Source: Oculatellaceae cyanobacterium bins.114 | Lineage (GTDB): Bacteria > Cyanobacteriota > Cyanobacteriia > Elainellales > Elainellaceae | Length of the DNA stretch: 60,591 bases | Direction of reading: 5' to 3' | Assembly (NCBI GenBank): GCA_033764315.1 | Contig: JANRJA010000097.1 | Coordinates: 1 to 60,591 of the forward strand | In this document: in pieces, positions 1 through 11,193 of the stretch | How positions within the stretch are numbered: the first letter of the stretch is position 1 | Layout: each line of letters begins with the position of its first letter | The notes under the pieces: generated by a model | What the model was told of the DNA's origin: nothing | Database searches by the model: none | What the model saw: only the letters and a program-made list of their open reading frames with translations | Made by a program: the position numbers and the translations under genes

Positions 1-860
1 AGAAGGAAGTTGAGGAAAAAACTCAATCTAACAAAGAGCAAGCCATTCTCAATGAGTTGGTCAAGCATGTCGAGGTTGAGCTGCCAGAGACGCTGATCAA
101 GCAAGAAATCAACTACATGCTGACTCAGACCGCAATGCGGCTTGAAAATCAGGGCATGGACATTAAACAAATGTTTACACCAGAACTGGTGGAGCGACTA
201 CGGGAGCAATCTCGACCAGAGGCGATCGCCCGGATTCAACGCACTATGGCACTGGGTGAAGTCGCTAAGCGGGAATCGCTCAAAGTTGAGCCAGCTGAGA
301 TCGAAGCCAAAGTGACGGAGATGCTCAATGATTTTGCTGGGCAAGACGTCGATATGAACCGATTGCGGCAGGTGGTTGAAGAAGACCTGCTCAAGGAGAA
401 AGTATTTGGTTGGTTAGAACAACATTCCACCCTTGAATTGGTTCCTGAAGGATCCCTCAACCCTGTTGAAGAAGCCCCACCCGTGACAGAGCCAAGTCTT
501 GCCGGAGATGCGGTGGAGGAGGTGCCGTCTGAGGTGACTCCTGAAGAAACCCCAGATGAGACCCCAGCATCTGAAACTACGGTGGAGGCAGTTGTTGAAG
601 TTGTTGAACCAGAGGCATCTTCTCCAGAAGTGGTCGCGACACCTTCTCCCAGCCCTGAGAAAACAACCAAAGGTAAAAAGGCAACAGAGCCAGAGGATGC
701 GTCTGCCGCTGTTGTAGACCCAGCATCTGAGACTGAAAAATCAGCTGAACCTGCCAAAAAAACGTCGCGATCGACTAAAAAATCAACTAAGAGCAAAGCG
801 GCAACTGACGCTGATTCAGATGCTGCCTCATCCCAGCCCACTGAAACTGAAGATGCTTAA
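1..860 (+). CDS. tig: Trigger factor, C-terminal part (5' end outside window) with long acidic/Pro/Lys-rich tail
   Basis: Frame is open from the window edge (KEVEEKTQSNKEQAILNELV...). VELPETLIKQE...LELVPEGSL resembles the cyanobacterial TF C-domain. Classic tig-clpP-clpX order. Confidence 0.92.
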   Translation, partial: KEVEEKTQSNKEQAILNELVKHVEVELPETLIKQEINYMLTQTAMRLENQGMDIKQMFTPELVERLREQSRPEAIARIQRTMALGEVAKRESLKVEPAEIEAKVTEMLNDFAGQDVDMNRLRQVVEEDLLKEKVFGWLEQHSTLELVPEGSLNPVEEAPPVTEPSLAGDAVEEVPSEVTPEETPDETPASETTVEAVVEVVEPEASSPEVVATPSPSPEKTTKGKKATEPEDASAAVVDPASETEKSAEPAKKTSRSTKKSTKSKAATDADSDAASSQPTETEDA

Positions 861-1065
861 TATAGTCTTTGGGGTGTCATATACCGCATCAGTGTTACTG
901 TAAAATCAACGTTTTACGCTGGATACACCAATGCCAGAGATTTGTTACATGAATGCAACAATCCGCATCCAATTGGTAGCTTTTCCTGGATTCCCAACCA
1001 GTCTTAATTCAGTTGAGGCATAATGTCGGATATGGCATCACAAGGTTTACAAACCTGAACTCACT

Positions 1066-1791
1066 TTGTTCTTAGACATGCCTTCCCTTGATTTTATGAT
1101 TTTCTCCCAATTTGAGAACGACTCAACCATCGCAGCGCAACCTTACAGCCTCTACTCTGGCGGGGTTAGCAATGCATTCCCTCCTATGGTTGTTGAGCAG
1201 TCTGGGCGAGGTGAACGGGTATTTGATATCTATTCCCGCTTACTCCGAGAGCGCATCATTTTTATTGGAACTCCAATTGATGATGCTGTCGCTGATTCTG
1301 TTGTGGCACAACTCCTCTTTTTGGCGGCTGAAGACCCTGAAAAAGATATTCAACTCTACATCAATTCTCCCGGTGGATCCGTCACGGCGGGGATGGCAAT
1401 TTACGACACGATTCAATTTGTTGAGCCTAATGTCGTTACAATTTGTTACGGTTTAGCCGCTAGCATGGGAGCTTTTCTATTGGCATGTGGCACGGCTGGT
1501 AAACGGTTGTCTTTGCCTAGCTCTCGGATCATGATTCACCAGCCTCTTGGAGGTGCTCAAGGTCAAGCGGTAGACATTGAGATCCAAGCAAAAGAAATTT
1601 TGTATCATAAGCGCAAACTCAATGAGCTGTTAGCTCATCATACGGGTCAACCCCTAGAACGAATCGAGGCTGACACAGAACGCGATTTCTTCATGTCCGC
1701 TGAGGAAGCAAAGAATTACGGTCTGATTGATCAGGTTATCTCACGGCAAGAACTTCCTTCTGCTAGAGAGACTCTCACCGCATTGAAATAA
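1066..1791 (+). CDS. clpP: ATP-dependent Clp protease proteolytic subunit (true start may be a downstream ATG)
   Basis: [43 protein letters not shown] (Ser), MIHQPLGG (His), ERDFFM (Asp). Confidence 0.98.
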   Translation: MFLDMPSLDFMIFSQFENDSTIAAQPYSLYSGGVSNAFPPMVVEQSGRGERVFDIYSRLLRERIIFIGTPIDDAVADSVVAQLLFLAAEDPEKDIQLYINSPGGSVTAGMAIYDTIQFVEPNVVTICYGLAASMGAFLLACGTAGKRLSLPSSRIMIHQPLGGAQGQAVDIEIQAKEILYHKRKLNELLAHHTGQPLERIEADTERDFFMSAEEAKNYGLIDQVISRQELPSARETLTALK

Positions 1792-1800
1792 GAGGCGACT

Positions 1801-3132
1801 ATGACCAAATACGACTCCCATCTTAAATGTTCATTCTGTGGTAAGTCGCAAGAGCAAGTTCGTAAGCTGATCGCGGGTCCAGGAGTTTATATCTGTGACG
1901 AATGCGTTGACCTCTGCAATGAGATTTTAGATGAGGAGTTGTTTGACTCAAGTGCTACGGTTCCTCAGCCTTCCCCCCGCCGAGAGCAACAGCCAGAGAA
2001 GCGTCAGCCTCGATCGCCCCATTTTTCTCTCAATCAAATTCCCAAGCCAAGAGAGATTAAGAAGCATTTAGATGAGCACGTGATTGGTCAAGACGAGGCT
2101 AAAAAAGTGCTCTCAGTAGCGGTTTATAACCACTACAAACGACTCAGTTTTACTCAGGGAAAAGGAAAAATTGAGGATTCGGTCGAGCTGCAAAAATCGA
2201 ACATTCTCCTGATTGGCCCAACCGGATGTGGCAAAACTCTGTTGGCTCAGACCTTGGCTGAGATGCTAGATGTGCCGTTTGCGGTAGCGGATGCCACTAC
2301 CCTGACTGAAGCAGGGTATGTAGGTGAAGATGTTGAAAACATTTTGCTGCGATTATTGCAGGTTGCTGACCTAGATGTTGAGGAAGCTCAGCGTGGCATT
2401 ATTTATATCGATGAAATTGATAAGATTGCCCGCAAGAGTGAAAATCCGTCGATTACTCGTGATGTATCGGGTGAAGGGGTGCAGCAAGCTCTGCTGAAAA
2501 TGTTGGAAGGGACGATTGCCAACGTTCCTCCGCAAGGCGGACGCAAACACCCCTACCAAGATTGCATTCAGATTGACACCAGCAATATTTTATTTATCTG
2601 TGGCGGAGCCTTTGTCGGCCTTGACAAAGCCGTGGAACAGCGGATTGGCAAAAAGACGATGGGCTTTATTCAACCGGGTGAAAACCAACCCAAAGAAAAA
2701 CGGGCGGCAGATGTGTTAAAGCATTTGGAACCAGACGATCTGGTGAAATTTGGGATGATTCCTGAATTTATCGGTCGGGTACCTGTGATTGCGGTGGTTG
2801 AGCCGCTCGATGAAGATGCGTTGACGGCTATTTTGACTGAACCTCGCAATGCACTCGTGAAGCAATATCAAAAATTGCTGAAAATGGACAACGTCCAGCT
2901 TGAGTTTAAGCAAGATGCAGTTCGGGCGATCGCTAAAGAGGCATATCGCCGCAAAACGGGTGCTAGGGCACTGCGAAGCATTGTAGAAGAGCTGATGCTG
3001 GATGTGATGTACGAGTTACCGTCTCGTAAAGATGTAACTCGGTGCACCATTACCCGTGAAATGGTTGAAAAGCGTTCTACAGCCGAACTGCTTTTGCACC
3101 CCTCCTCACTGCCAAAGCCAGAATCAGCCTAA
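1801..3132 (+). CDS. clpX: Clp protease ATP-binding subunit ClpX
   Basis: N-terminal zinc finger CSFC...ICDECV, Walker A GPTGCGKT, Walker [26 protein letters not shown] upstream of ATG. Confidence 0.99.
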   Translation: MTKYDSHLKCSFCGKSQEQVRKLIAGPGVYICDECVDLCNEILDEELFDSSATVPQPSPRREQQPEKRQPRSPHFSLNQIPKPREIKKHLDEHVIGQDEAKKVLSVAVYNHYKRLSFTQGKGKIEDSVELQKSNILLIGPTGCGKTLLAQTLAEMLDVPFAVADATTLTEAGYVGEDVENILLRLLQVADLDVEEAQRGIIYIDEIDKIARKSENPSITRDVSGEGVQQALLKMLEGTIANVPPQGGRKHPYQDCIQIDTSNILFICGGAFVGLDKAVEQRIGKKTMGFIQPGENQPKEKRAADVLKHLEPDDLVKFGMIPEFIGRVPVIAVVEPLDEDALTAILTEPRNALVKQYQKLLKMDNVQLEFKQDAVRAIAKEAYRRKTGARALRSIVEELMLDVMYELPSRKDVTRCTITREMVEKRSTAELLLHPSSLPKPESA

Positions 3133-3221
3133 GATCAGTCTGCTTAAGATAGAATGTTGAGTTGTTCCGTCTCATCGGACTCAACTCAATATTCACCATG
3201 TTTTATTGATATTTTATTCAG

Positions 3222-4100
3222 ATGCCTTATCTTGCGATTCGAGGAGTAGACCACTATTACGAGTGGATTACGGCTACCAATTCAGAGCGATCGCCCTCAT
3301 CTACTAAGCCTGTCATGGTTTTCCTGCATGGTTGGGCAGGTTCAGCACGATATTGGGAAAGCACAGCTCAAGCCCTGTCATCAGACTTTGATTGTTTGTT
3401 ATACGATTTGCGTGGCTTTGGGCGATCGCCTCTGCCTCGACCTATTCCAGAAGCCGTGTCAACGCTTGGCTATGAACTGGAAACCTATGCTGATGATTTG
3501 GCAACATTATTAGACGAGTTAGAGCTGGATCAGGTTTATCTAAACGCTCATTCTACTGGGGCATCGATCGCGGTCTTTTTTCTCAATCTCTATACTCACC
3601 GGGTCAAGCAAGCCATCTTGACCTGTAGTGGCATTTTTGAGTATGACGAAAAAGCGTTTAACGCCTTTTATAAATTTGGGGGTTACGTCGTCTCGTTTCG
3701 ACCTAAATGGCTCTCTGCAATTCCTGGAGTCTCTCGCCTATTTATGGCTCGGTTTGTCCGTAATGCCCTGCCAAATGCTATTAGTCGATCGTTTCTCGAT
3801 GATTTTTTGATGGCAGACTACGAAGCCGCAATGGGCACTGTCTATACGGCTGTGAGCAAACGGGCAGTGGAAGTAATGCCACAGGAATTTACTCAATTAA
3901 CGGTGCCCACGTTATTAATCTCTGGGCAATATGATCAGATTATTCCGGCTGATATGGGGCGGCAGGCCGCAACACTCAATCCTTTAGTGCAGCACATTGT
4001 GATCCCTAATACGGCTCATTTCCCGATGTTGGAAGATCCTGCAACCTATCTTAGTTGTCTACACCAGTTTCTAAAGCAAGAAGTGGGCAGTAGGGAGTAA
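3222..4100 (+). CDS. Alpha/beta fold hydrolase
   Basis: FLHGWAG, YDLRGFGRS, nucleophile elbow AHSTG, GQYDQII, AHFPMLE. Confidence 0.92.
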   Translation: MPYLAIRGVDHYYEWITATNSERSPSSTKPVMVFLHGWAGSARYWESTAQALSSDFDCLLYDLRGFGRSPLPRPIPEAVSTLGYELETYADDLATLLDELELDQVYLNAHSTGASIAVFFLNLYTHRVKQAILTCSGIFEYDEKAFNAFYKFGGYVVSFRPKWLSAIPGVSRLFMARFVRNALPNAISRSFLDDFLMADYEAAMGTVYTAVSKRAVEVMPQEFTQLTVPTLLISGQYDQIIPADMGRQAATLNPLVQHIVIPNTAHFPMLEDPATYLSCLHQFLKQEVGSRE

Positions 4101-4143
4101 GGGAGGAGGCTAGATCTCTATTACCCCTCTATTCCCCACACCC

Positions 4144-5190
4144 TCATTCATGAATCTTGCCATCGGGCATAGTTGCACCCGTTAAGCAAACTCCTGTTAA
4201 ATTGGCTTCCCACAAGTTTGCTTGTCGGAGATTGGCACCACTGAGGTTTGCCCCTGACAGGTTGGCTCGGCTAAGGTTGGTCATTACCAAGTTTGCTCGA
4301 ATCAAATTAGCACCCGTCAGGTTGACCTCGTTGAGGGTTGCCTCCCTTAAGTCAGATTCGCTGAGAATGCTGCCACTCAAATCAGCTTGATAGAGATTTG
4401 ACCCAATTAAATTTGCCCCAATTAAAATGGCTCCTTTAAGGTTGGCATGACTGAGGTTTGCCATACATAAGTTTGCCAAACTCAAATTCGCTTTGCTCAA
4501 GTTGGCGTTGTATAAGGTTGCCCCAATTAAATTGGCAATACATAAAACGGAAATACTCAGGTTTGCATTGCGAAAATCAGCTTCTCGTAAATTGGCTTGG
4601 CTCAGGGTTGCCTCTCGCAGGTCTGCCCAACTGAGGTTGGCGGCATAGAGTGTTGTTTGACTGAGGTTAGCAGTATAGAGATTACTCTGTCTTAAATCGG
4701 CACGACTCAGGTTAGCTCGGTTGAGGTTTGCCATACAGAGATCAGCATGACTCAAGGTAGCATAACTCAGGTTTGCTGCTTTGAGGTTTGCTTCTCGCAG
4801 GTTTGTGCCTTTTAAGTTAGCCGTGCATAGGATGGCTCTAGAGAGATTGGCATGTCTCAGATCAGCATCGGTTAAATTTGCCTCACGCAGATCGGCTGCA
4901 CTTAAATTTGCCTCTCGTAGATCGGCTTCACTTAAATCAGCGGTATAGAATACCGACTCCATCAAGTTAGCCCGTTTAAGATTTGCCTTGCGCAGACTTG
5001 CCATGCAAAAATCGGCGTGGTCAAGAATGCCCTCCGTGAGATCGACACAACTTAGGATTGCTTCTCTAAAGCTAGTTTGATTGAGGATTGCCTGACTCAA
5101 GTTTGGGTTGATGTCGGCATAGTCTTCACGCCAATGGTTCCAGGTTTCAATCCCTTGTTGAAGCAAAGACAGATGTTCCGCGTTTGCCAT
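4144..5190 (-). CDS. Pentapeptide repeat protein
   Basis: Continuous A(N/D)Lxx repeats, WNHWR N-cap, GATMPDG C-terminus. Confidence 0.95.
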   Translation of the reverse strand: MANAEHLSLLQQGIETWNHWREDYADINPNLSQAILNQTSFREAILSCVDLTEGILDHADFCMASLRKANLKRANLMESVFYTADLSEADLREANLSAADLREANLTDADLRHANLSRAILCTANLKGTNLREANLKAANLSYATLSHADLCMANLNRANLSRADLRQSNLYTANLSQTTLYAANLSWADLREATLSQANLREADFRNANLSISVLCIANLIGATLYNANLSKANLSLANLCMANLSHANLKGAILIGANLIGSNLYQADLSGSILSESDLREATLNEVNLTGANLIRANLVMTNLSRANLSGANLSGANLRQANLWEANLTGVCLTGATMPDGKIHE

Positions 5191-5279
5191 CTACAGCACC
5201 TAAGTGACCACAACAGGTATCTTTAGTATTCCCTATTTGAATGGTGGTCATTAGGGAGTAGGGTAGGCGATCGCCTACC

Positions 5280-5555
5280 TTAAAGCTCGGCTTTAACTCG
5301 CCGGATCGGTAAATTGGCAATTAATGCAGTTGCCCGTTGGTTATTTTCCAGTAGAAATTCTGATTCTTCAGGGTCAATTTCGACATATCGAGCGACCACC
5401 TCTAGAATCTCTTGCCGCATCTTTTCGACCAGAGCGGGAGGCAGATCAGCGCGATCGTGGGCTAACACGATTTGTAAACGCTGTTTGACTTGCTCACGAC
5501 TGCTAGGAGTGGTGTTAGGGCGGGGGAAGAGCCGTTCGAGGAGTTCATGGAGCAT
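5280..5555 (-). CDS. minE: Cell division topological specificity factor MinE (ATG at 5555 preferred over 5603)
   Basis: [17 protein letters not shown]...[13 protein letters not shown]...LIANLPIRR; follows minD. Confidence 0.96.
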   Translation of the reverse strand: MLHELLERLFPRPNTTPSSREQVKQRLQIVLAHDRADLPPALVEKMRQEILEVVARYVEIDPEESEFLLENNQRATALIANLPIRRVKAEL

Positions 5556-5617
5556 GGAACGCTTGACAGGGGGTGAGGTGGCAGAAAGAAATTGAAGACA
5601 CAACTGGCAACAAGCCG

Positions 5618-6424
5618 TTACTTGTTTGACGACCGAAAGAGACGACGAAGGCGAGAGAAGAGATCGTCATGAGTAGCCGTCAAATCAATGAAGGGAACGG
5701 CTTCCCCTTCTAAGCGGCGGGCGATGTTGCTAAAAGCGATGCCAGCTACAGAGATAGTTTGAGATAGAACTAAAGGTTCTCCTCGATTGGTCGAGACAAT
5801 CACCCGCTCATCGTCTGGAATCACCCCAATCAAAGGAATAGCTAGAATTTCTTGGACATCTTTGACTGACATCATCATGTCTTCTTGCACCATTGCTGGT
5901 TTGAGCCGATTGACAATGAGATTCAACTTTTTAATATTGTTAGCTTCGAGTAAGCCAATGACGCGGTCGGCATCTCGCACAGCGGCAATTTCGGGGGTTG
6001 TGACAATCAGTGATTCTTGAGCCGCTACGGTGGCATTTTGAAAACCCATCTCAATGCCAGCAGGACTGTCAATCAAGACAAAGTCAAAAGACTCTGCCAG
6101 GGTGTTGACAATCTGCTTCATCTGGTCAGGGCTGACTGCCTCTTTGGTGCGATTTTGAGCCGCAGGTAACAGTGCTAGATTAGGTTGACGTTTGTCTTTA
6201 ACCAGAGCTTGTTCCAGACGACAGTCTCCTGCCAAAACTTCGACGGCTGTGTAGACAATGCGATTTTCTAAACCCAACAGCAGGTCTAGATTTCTCAGAC
6301 CAAAGTCGGCATCCACAACTGCAACTTTGTGGTTACGCTGAGCGAGAGCCATGCCTAAGTTGGCAGTGCAAGTTGTTTTGCCAACCCCGCCTTTACCAGA
6401 TGTGACAACGATGATGCGACTCAT
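5618..6424 (-). CDS. minD: Septum site-determining ATPase MinD
   Basis: [29 protein letters not shown]-terminal amphipathic LFSRLRRLF. Confidence 0.98.
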   Translation of the reverse strand: MSRIIVVTSGKGGVGKTTCTANLGMALAQRNHKVAVVDADFGLRNLDLLLGLENRIVYTAVEVLAGDCRLEQALVKDKRQPNLALLPAAQNRTKEAVSPDQMKQIVNTLAESFDFVLIDSPAGIEMGFQNATVAAQESLIVTTPEIAAVRDADRVIGLLEANNIKKLNLIVNRLKPAMVQEDMMMSVKDVQEILAIPLIGVIPDDERVIVSTNRGEPLVLSQTISVAGIAFSNIARRLEGEAVPFIDLTATHDDLFSRLRRLFRSSNK

Positions 6425-6496
6425 GATTTGGGTGGAATGAATAACAAAATTAACGTTAAGAGCAGAGGGAAATATTGAATAACTGGCGATCGCGGC

Positions 6497-7294
6497 TTAA
6501 CTCAAATGGTTAAGTAATCGAGTGCGGGAGAAATCGGAGACCTTGGCGATGCGAATCCCTTCGGCAGAGACGTAGGCAATTTCAGGATGATATTGGTCAG
6601 GTGGCATTTCGGGTGCCCGTGCCACCTGATCGGCAATCCGAATCTGAGTTGGCTCCATTCGCAGAGCCATGATGAGACAACGACTATTACCGACTGCACC
6701 CGCTTGCACCACACCCCGCAAGTTGCCCCACACCAGGATGTCGCCATCTGCAATGATCGAACTGCCAGGGTTGACATCTCCCAGAATAACCACTGTACCA
6801 GGATGGCGGATCTCCATGCCCGATCGCAGTGTTGTTTGCATATAGAGTGGATCGGCAAGTGCTTGCCCTGACTCAGGGGGTTGGTTGAGGTGGGCAATTG
6901 GGGAGTGTTGTTCTACAGAATATCCGATGGTAACAGCTGCAACCGCTGTTTGACGACGACTGGTATAAACTCGTTTGAGATGAAGTTGGGCATCGTTGAG
7001 GGCATCTGCGATCGCTTGAATCTGGCGTACATCGAGCAATCGATCACGAGCAACCAGGTGAACAGCGGTGTTGGGTTGCCAAAAGCGATCGCCCGCGTTG
7101 AGACGCTGTTTAAGTTGTTGCCACACATCTGCCCATGTGGTGGTCAAAGGAGTTTCTTCTTCGGGTTCTGGAGGCAGCAAGAGCAACAACCGACCCCCCT
7201 CACTCTTAAATCGGACTTGTAAGTGAGGGTTAACTTCGGGTAGGGGTTGAGAAATCGGAGCGATTGGGGCGGGTGCAGAAGTGTCAGGATTCAT
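6497..7294 (-). CDS. minC: Septum site-determining protein MinC
   Basis: TLRSGMEIRHPGTVVILGDVNPGSSIIADGDILVWGNLRG...PTQIRIA; upstream of minD. Confidence 0.96.
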   Translation of the reverse strand: MNPDTSAPAPIAPISQPLPEVNPHLQVRFKSEGGRLLLLLPPEPEEETPLTTTWADVWQQLKQRLNAGDRFWQPNTAVHLVARDRLLDVRQIQAIADALNDAQLHLKRVYTSRRQTAVAAVTIGYSVEQHSPIAHLNQPPESGQALADPLYMQTTLRSGMEIRHPGTVVILGDVNPGSSIIADGDILVWGNLRGVVQAGAVGNSRCLIMALRMEPTQIRIADQVARAPEMPPDQYHPEIAYVSAEGIRIAKVSDFSRTRLLNHLS

Positions 7295-7400
7295 GCGGTC
7301 GTCGTCAAGTCGTTGGGCACTGATGGAGCTAAGTTAACTACTCATATTAGTAGTCAAGTCGCGATTAGACAAAAAAATTAACGTTTGTCTTTTGCAGATT

Positions 7401-8726
7401 CTAGTTTTTTCGATTGAGGCGCAGATATGTCTCGGCTAATGCGGTGCGATCGCCCACATTTCCGGGAAACAAAACCACGGGTAGATTAGGAAATTGGGGA
7501 TGATCGGCGGGAGTGCGGACAATAGAGCATCCTGGTAAAATCTGCCCTAACAAACGAGCAGTGGTCAGGGCTAGCCCCTGGCTCAAAACATCATTAGAGG
7601 TAATGCCACCTTTACTAATCAAAAAACCGATATCCGTAGGCAACCCCCGCACCACATCCATTAATAGTTGCGACACAGCCGTGCCAAAGTCTAGCCGAGT
7701 TTGGATGTCAGGAAAGGTCAACTCCTGACGACTTGTAAACACCACTGGAGTTTTGCCATTCGTATGAGCGGTGTGTACTTGCTGGAGGGTGTGTTCTAAG
7801 AGGGCAACTCGTTGGCTGATCGACTCATCTAACAAATGCACCACATCGATTTCGATCGCTACGGTTCCCTCTGTTTGTAAGAGATGCTCCAATTGCTCCG
7901 TTGTTTTTTTAACGTGGGAACCGACGATCACCGCTCCGGCTTTGCCATCACGGGTGTAGGTTGCCATGTCTTTAGGGGCGATGGGTTGAGGCGGTAAGGC
8001 AGCTAGAGCGGTGAGCAAACTGGCTGCACTGCGAAACAAAAACCGCTTGCCTTGAGCCGCTGCCGCTAGGATATCACTAGCAAACTGATTGAGGTCGGCT
8101 TGAGTTTCAGCATCGACCACACCACACTGATTATCTTTGAGGTGCATCAAACGATCAAAACTACCTGCTCGCACCTCTGCTAGCAAAAACCGCTCTACAG
8201 ATGTAGCAGGAATACGTCCCCCAGTCTTTTCTTCTACGTAATCGGGCAAGTAACTGTGACTAAAGGCAAAGACTGAGTCACGGGCAAATTCCGTAGTGTG
8301 TACAGGAGTTTCTACACCATTGACGATCAGATAGTGAATGCTGTCGCGGGTGATGCGTCCTCCCTCAAAGAAAGCAGGGGTCAGAAAGTGGGCATCAAAG
8401 GGACCCAACTCTTGGGCGATCGCATCAGTTTCAACGGGGTAGTGCCCCCTTAAGGTTGAGTCAGAGCGACTGACAATCAAAAATTCGTCAATTCCTTCTA
8501 GGGCGATCGCCTGCTTTAAGTTACGACACACTTCACGAGTCACCGCGTCAGCTTGGGTCGGGGTCAGTGCTCGTGTGTTGCTCAAGATAAAAAAGATGGG
8601 TGCCTCATCTGCTAAACCAATGCGCAACGTTTCGACATCCCAACGGGTTAACAGCAAACAACTGTGAACCGTTTGAGACCCAGTAGGGTCATCATCTAAG
8701 ACAATAATTTTAGGGTTAGCTGTCAT
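7401..8726 (-). CDS. Four-carbon acid sugar kinase family protein (DUF1537 type)
   Basis: LDDDPTGSQTVH, RSDSTLRGH, SKGGITS, FPGNVG. Confidence 0.9.
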   Translation of the reverse strand: MTANPKIIVLDDDPTGSQTVHSCLLLTRWDVETLRIGLADEAPIFFILSNTRALTPTQADAVTREVCRNLKQAIALEGIDEFLIVSRSDSTLRGHYPVETDAIAQELGPFDAHFLTPAFFEGGRITRDSIHYLIVNGVETPVHTTEFARDSVFAFSHSYLPDYVEEKTGGRIPATSVERFLLAEVRAGSFDRLMHLKDNQCGVVDAETQADLNQFASDILAAAAQGKRFLFRSAASLLTALAALPPQPIAPKDMATYTRDGKAGAVIVGSHVKKTTEQLEHLLQTEGTVAIEIDVVHLLDESISQRVALLEHTLQQVHTAHTNGKTPVVFTSRQELTFPDIQTRLDFGTAVSQLLMDVVRGLPTDIGFLISKGGITSNDVLSQGLALTTARLLGQILPGCSIVRTPADHPQFPNLPVVLFPGNVGDRTALAETYLRLNRKN

Positions 8727-9287
8727 ATCAGAGTGCTAGAGCCGCAAAAAGGCACGAGGTCATTAAAAAATTAGGAACACTAATATTAAGGTTAAAAAGT
8801 TAAGTGGATTAAACCATTGCACCCCACTCCTGATTAAACGGTTTGACTAAGCCGTTTGTTTTTGCACCTTACCATGTCTTTGGAGCACCAGGGTGATGTC
8901 AATTATGACTAAGCATTTGTGCAGAATAGAGAATGGGATTTAGAAATGACAGCAAGATCTTTTTCTGAAGTGCCACTCCCTGCATCATAGGCGGCAAAAG
9001 TAACTCAGAAGGTAGGAGCAACCTGAATTACATTGACGCATATCCAATAACTGAGCAACAAACACAGGGGTGCTTCATAAAAATCAATATTTATTTTCTC
9101 GCAAATGATCGCCAATTGATTGAATTGCCAATTTTATTGAGTAGAATATTTAGCAATTTGTGAGATTTCAGAGATATCATCGCGTTAGTGCTAGCAAATC
9201 GCAATTCTGATTCAGGGTTTTGATTGCATTCATAACAAGCCAAGTCATTCAAGTAATTTTAGTGAATAAGCGAGGGGTTGCACACTA

Positions 9288-11105
9288 ATGGGGCGACTGG
9301 ACGATTTACCCGAATACTCTGCCTCAGGAGAGCTAAACTCTGCGGAAACTGTTTTAAAGGCAGTAACGCAGGATTTAAAGACATTGCAGCATGATCTAGT
9401 TGTCCAGTTAACTCAAGACGTCAAGCGACTCCAAACCGAAAAATCCCAGTTGCTGAATGAAATTGAAAAACTGCAAGCTCAACATGAAATATTGCAGTCT
9501 GAGCAACACACTCTGTTGACCCGGCAACAGTTGGCACAACAACAACTATGGGCAAAACAACTGGCTCAGGCACTGGCGGCTCACCTGCAAACCTTGTTGG
9601 TGCAACGCGTGCATCAGGGTGATCCCTATGCCAAGCCTGGATCTAATGTATCGACTGCTCCTGGCAATGGTGGGGCAAATGACAATGCCTATCAAGTGTT
9701 GTCTTCTATCGATACGACGCTAAACCGCACGATGAACTCACTGCGGCAAGACCTCAACAGTTATCAGAGTTCGTTGTCACAGCAAATTAATCGGATGCAA
9801 ACCCTCGAACAGCAAGGCGAGGCGATTTTGCAAGCGTTGGTTAATCGGCTCAGTCAACAGTTGCAGTCAGAGACAGCACCTCGCCCCCTAAATGGCACTT
9901 CTATTCCTCCTGCTAATGGCTATCGCACAAACGGTGTAGCGTCGGCTTATCCCTCTGCTGTTGACCCAGCGCGACCTGAAATGCCTACGGTTCTCCCTGT
10001 TTCCCCGACGATCGCCCCTGAGCCGCCAGTTTCAGGGCGATCGCCTGCCCGCCCACAACAGTGGTCTGAATTTCAATTAGGGTTTGTGCTGATTTTGTTA
10101 TCAACGATCGCCCTGTCGCTGCATAACGTGGTTGTGGGTATTATTGGCAATCCCAGTGCCATCTTTGGAGTGTTGAACTTGGGTGGATATATCAAGCTCA
10201 ACAGCCTGGGAAACTCGCTGTGGATCTTGTGGGTGCGGATGTTGATTGTGCTTCCTCTAATTGCCGCTCTAGCCACTCGGTTTTATCCGCCTGCTTGGAA
10301 GGCGATCAAATCGTTCTTTGTCTCTGGTAATCGCCAATTGCAGTTTAGTGTGGTAAGTAGTGGATTCTTCCTATTTCTCTCACAAATTCTGATCTACATT
10401 GCGATCGCCCAGGTGGGGCCTGGAGTCGCTGTAACCATTCTGTTTATGTACCCGATCGTCGTAGTGCCCTTGGCCTGGCTGCTCTTTCGCGATCGCCCCA
10501 CTCCCCTACGCTGGACGGTGATGTTTGCCATCTTGTCTGGCGTCATATTAACCGCATTTCCTAAACTGGCAGCAACCACCAATATTTCCTGGTTAGGAGT
10601 AGGTTGTGCCGTTACTTCTGGCGTTTTCTTTGCCTTCTATCTCCTGTTCATGCAGATCAGCTTCAAATGTAAGCTCCATCCGGTTCCCGTCAGTGTCATT
10701 CAGTTCTTTACTATCTTTGTGCTTACGAGTTTTAGTTTGTTGCTGCCATTGGGACCACGAGTTTTACCGGATGGTCAACTGGGCTTCATTGCCGGGGGCA
10801 TTGTGTTAGGCACATTGACTTTCCTAGGTTATTTGCTAAATAACTTTGGGGTGGGTCTGATTGGGCCAGCACGGGCAGCCATCGTGGCATCGAGTGGACC
10901 TGTTTTGACAGCCCTCTTAGCATTTTTTATTACTCCCAGTCCTCGTACTGCCCTACAAGGGGTTCAGTGGCTTGGCATTATTATTGTGACGGTGAGTGTC
11001 GTTGCCTTGAGCTTTGAGAAAATGTTGGCTCAAATGAAAGATGCAAAATCTGCTCCTGCCAAGTCGGCTTCTGCAAAATCAGTCCCTGTAAGGCCAGCTC
11101 GATAA
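9288..11105 (+). CDS. sepJ: Septal junction protein SepJ (FraG): coiled coil + Pro-rich linker + EamA/DMT permease
   Basis: N-terminus MGRL...GELNSAETVLKAVTQDL...QDVKRLQTEK resembles SepJ as recalled. Two coiled-coil segments, a Pro-rich linker, then about 10 hydrophobic helices. Confidence 0.85.
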   Translation: MGRLDDLPEYSASGELNSAETVLKAVTQDLKTLQHDLVVQLTQDVKRLQTEKSQLLNEIEKLQAQHEILQSEQHTLLTRQQLAQQQLWAKQLAQALAAHLQTLLVQRVHQGDPYAKPGSNVSTAPGNGGANDNAYQVLSSIDTTLNRTMNSLRQDLNSYQSSLSQQINRMQTLEQQGEAILQALVNRLSQQLQSETAPRPLNGTSIPPANGYRTNGVASAYPSAVDPARPEMPTVLPVSPTIAPEPPVSGRSPARPQQWSEFQLGFVLILLSTIALSLHNVVVGIIGNPSAIFGVLNLGGYIKLNSLGNSLWILWVRMLIVLPLIAALATRFYPPAWKAIKSFFVSGNRQLQFSVVSSGFFLFLSQILIYIAIAQVGPGVAVTILFMYPIVVVPLAWLLFRDRPTPLRWTVMFAILSGVILTAFPKLAATTNISWLGVGCAVTSGVFFAFYLLFMQISFKCKLHPVPVSVIQFFTIFVLTSFSLLLPLGPRVLPDGQLGFIAGGIVLGTLTFLGYLLNNFGVGLIGPARAAIVASSGPVLTALLAFFITPSPRTALQGVQWLGIIIVTVSVVALSFEKMLAQMKDAKSAPAKSASAKSVPVRPAR

Positions 11106-11193
11106 ACTTAGAGATCTGCTGGACATATAGCGATTTTTAACTGCCAACAGCCCGTAAGTAGCGGGCAATCCCCTTGGAGTAACAATAGAGGAG

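Noticed and set aside
236-841. 201-aa antisense ORF over tig
   Set aside because: Ser/Thr/Gly-rich mirror of the low-complexity tig tail; no independent motifs
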